Assembly (NCBI GenBank): GCA_027923505.1
Contig: BROI01000034.1
Location: forward strand, 186,001 to 248,867
Direction: 5' to 3'
From: Mayamaea pseudoterrestris
Taxonomy: Eukaryota
Length of the DNA stretch: 62,867 bases
A model generated the notes under the pieces. The model was given only the letters and a program-made list of their open reading frames with translations, did not search any database and was not told the origin of the DNA. Shown here in pieces: positions 60,035-62,867 of the stretch (positions are counted from its first letter, which is position 1; each line of letters begins with the position of its first letter). The translations under genes were made by a program, and so were the position numbers.

Positions 60035-62867
60035 TCCACGATTGCCATTGGACGTTTTTTTTCCGGTCGACATAGCCATGGCCTTCAAGCATTAGTGCCG
60101 CCATACGAAAACTGCTGTTGCGGACAAGCCGAGATGACGGGGGACGATGCCGCATCGTCATCGACAGTGACTGGGGTGAGTTGAACGGCCCAAATCGCGC
60201 GCCGCTCGGACCTTTTCCCTCCGCTTCGGCTGTATGGCTTTCGCGGTCGAATCGGAACAAGGGTGTTTTGGTTGCTAAATCCAATGAAGCCCCCAGTTTG
60301 TTGTCGGTGCGGTCATCGTCTGTCGGGCGTGAGTGCCAACGTGAAAGCAGATGCAGATCCAACTTCATTTGACTTTTTTAATGTGGGCTGTAATGCGGAA
60401 TGATATTTGCCTTATGTTGTCGCTATACATCGAACTTTGAGTAGTAGGCGAACGATGCAATAGAACGCTTATCGTACTGCAAATATTAGTGGCTTCGGCT
60501 AGTGATCGTCAATCGTAAACTCATCAATCGCATATCTGGTTGGCATCTACTTGGCGCTTGTAACAACCCTAATACTAACATGCCGACAAATGCCGAGGTG
60601 CATAAGCTTCCCACATTATACCATCCCTTTACTGCGGCCGGACAAGTACAGATAATTTCAAAAGAGGGTCCATAGGATCCTCGCAGCGTTCTTGGGTAGC
60701 CCCTATGCTCCTGGGCCAGCATTGCTTTGGAAAATGCCATGGGACTTGTCCTGAAGCCAGTCCCAGTTCGAATCGACCACGGCGAACACGACAACAATTG
60801 GACTGCGGCGATATGCAGCAGCCTTTTAGACAACCAAGCAAGAGTAAAATCTAGACTTTGGTCTTGCTGCTTTGGCTCTCGTTTTGCAGCGCCATCTTGG
60901 TCGTCTGTCCAATGGGCGCTAGACGTATGTTGACGAAGTGAAACGAGGAAACGCGTGAACTTGTATTAGCGGGTATAGATTCCATTTTATAGTGATCTAC
61001 TCAACGCTGTGGTCGTGCTAAACCTGTTAAGATATTGATGCAGCCGTGTCGTCGCTGCCATCTTCTGAAACCATGGGGCCGGCCCTGCTTCACTCCTCGT
61101 CAACTCCCAGTCGCCGCTTGCCCATTGACCATATACACTGGCAGCCTTCCAAAAGCCCATCCTCTGACCGTTCCTTGTAGATGGTGTGGTCGTCGACAGT
61201 TCACGCCCAGCCGTATTTGTTCCGCGACTAATCGACGAAACTGAGAAGGCGGCAGTCAGGTTCCAGTCTTGTTGCTTGGTGCCCCGGCCGTTTTCGTCTT
61301 CTGTACGTTAGTAATGACATGTTTCTTGGTCTTCTTGTCGTTGCCAAAAGAGTTCATTAGAATTGATAAGGTCCTTCCTGTCAAGTAGTCGTATTCAACG
61401 TATTAAGCTTGAGTCTTCTTGCTGCTGCGAATTCTGCGGATCAAAGAGCAGACGCTGTCATGGGTCGAGCACTCGGGAGATGCATAGATCCGTCGTTGTG
61501 GAATCCATGCCGAAATGGAGCAGCAACGAGTCAAAGCAGAGGGCGATGTAGCGTGGTGGCGCGTAAGCGAAGGTCAAATTCGGTTGTTCCAGTCAAATTT
61601 AGCGAGATGAATGGGACTTTTTTAAATGATATCAAAAATGATTAACATAAAACTCAAGAGTTGAAACGACGCGTCCACAATGGACAAGCTCGGCAATGGC
61701 GATTGTTTCCCATCGTCAGTCGAGCGAGATTGAAGATCACGCGCGACGGCGCGCCACACGATCACGTGTCGCTGCGGTTCTACACGCTGTTAGCTAGCGC
61801 TTCACTGTCAATGTTTGTCACGGGCATGATGTTGCATTCCGCCATCAGCAAATACCAGGTATGAGTTAAAGTAGGGTTGTTATGTACGTTTGAAGCCAAA
61901 GGTGAAAAACATGAGTGTATCCTCAAAGATGCTACTATGCAAAGTATAACAGTGTGGCATTGTGCCATCATTATAAGTTTGTCCGTTCCGTCGCTTTGAA
62001 TTCTTCGAGTCACCATCTTCGCAGTAAACTCCATGGCCAATTTCGGCGCATTGTAGCTCGACTCGCTGCGGAGTGAACTACTGACAGTTACCGTGATGAG
62101 CTCGTACGCCAAATAAAGGCCGAAGAAGTGGATCTTGCTCCTCGTCGTCATACGGCACGAAAGCAGTAATTGATGCTGCAACGCCGAAGCTTGTGCATCC
62201 ACCTCACATCTCGCCTTGCTGACACTTTAAAGCTGCGGCAAAAGCAGAACAAGGCTGGAAAGATGGCTACCGTTCCCATGTGCGGGATGCACCTGGATTA
62301 TTTGCACTCGAAAGCGCGTCAATGAAGGAAGCTCCACAAGCGCGGCAGTAGCAGCTACAAAGACAGTGCCGAAGTAAACGGCAAAATAGCGGCCGATCGT
62401 TTGGTTTGCATGTATCACAGCAGCGGACCGCGCCTTTAAAGGCGACTGCATCAAGTCGCTCGACTTACAACACTTTCGAAGCCGCTAGAAAGTATGCCGT
62501 CTCGCCGCCGCCAGAGCAGTAACAACAATTGTCTTGGTAGGCGACACCTTTCCTGGGACCAAAGCGCCAATAATCGGCGCAGGCAAGACGGAAACGAAAA
62601 AGTATTGTTTGTCATATTGGGCGGAGCTTTCGCTCAATCAGCTCGGTGCTACTCATCGTTCTCGAAACTAGTCCTGCCTAACCGATAACTGGTTACCAAC
62701 TCCAATAGCTCTGGCAGCTTCAGTGATTTTGTTTCCTGTAGCGACAAAAGAGTCCGCCACAGCTGCTGCCAATAGCGAATGAGTGGACAAAAGGTAAATC
62801 TCCGTCACCGTTACGAATTTTGGCGTGTTCATCGTATCAAGTAACACTGGAACCAGTAAGAAAAGGA

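Noticed and set aside
60100..62867. Short ORFs at the right end of the window
   Set aside because: No recognisable family and no consistent exon structure. Genes may be present but cannot be supported from the sequence alone.

Overview
Eukaryotic DNA, most likely from a diatom (CoDi-like Ty1/copia elements, a bipartite plastid-targeting presequence, short GT-AG introns). Bases 1-~50200 are a heterochromatin-like block. It holds a 169-bp satellite (two subfamilies, higher-order structure, orientation switch), related 180/181-bp satellites, 11- and 20-bp minisatellites, four Ty1/copia elements (three with both LTRs, one truncated), a gag relic, a TA-flanked MITE and a decayed LINE-like fragment. 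The elements show strong CpG-decay signatures. Bases ~50200-60000 are gene-dense: eEF1B-gamma, COQ4, an MBD-like protein, TM9SF, a putatively plastid-targeted AS3MT and an HSF-domain protein. Two observations stand out. (1) A 10.6-kb Copia has a ~1.84-kb ATG-free leader carrying a Met-free Gln/Arg-rich ORF, which two predicted introns join to an ACG codon in good context inside the LTR. (2) Three divergent Copia elements have primer-binding sites complementary to the anticodon arm of tRNA-Asn, in the same register as half-tRNA-Met priming in copia/Ty5. Several stretches (~3700-8600, ~13890-13965, ~54200-56100, ~59400-60000) look like noisy long-read consensus, so indels there are unreliable. 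All counts are manual.
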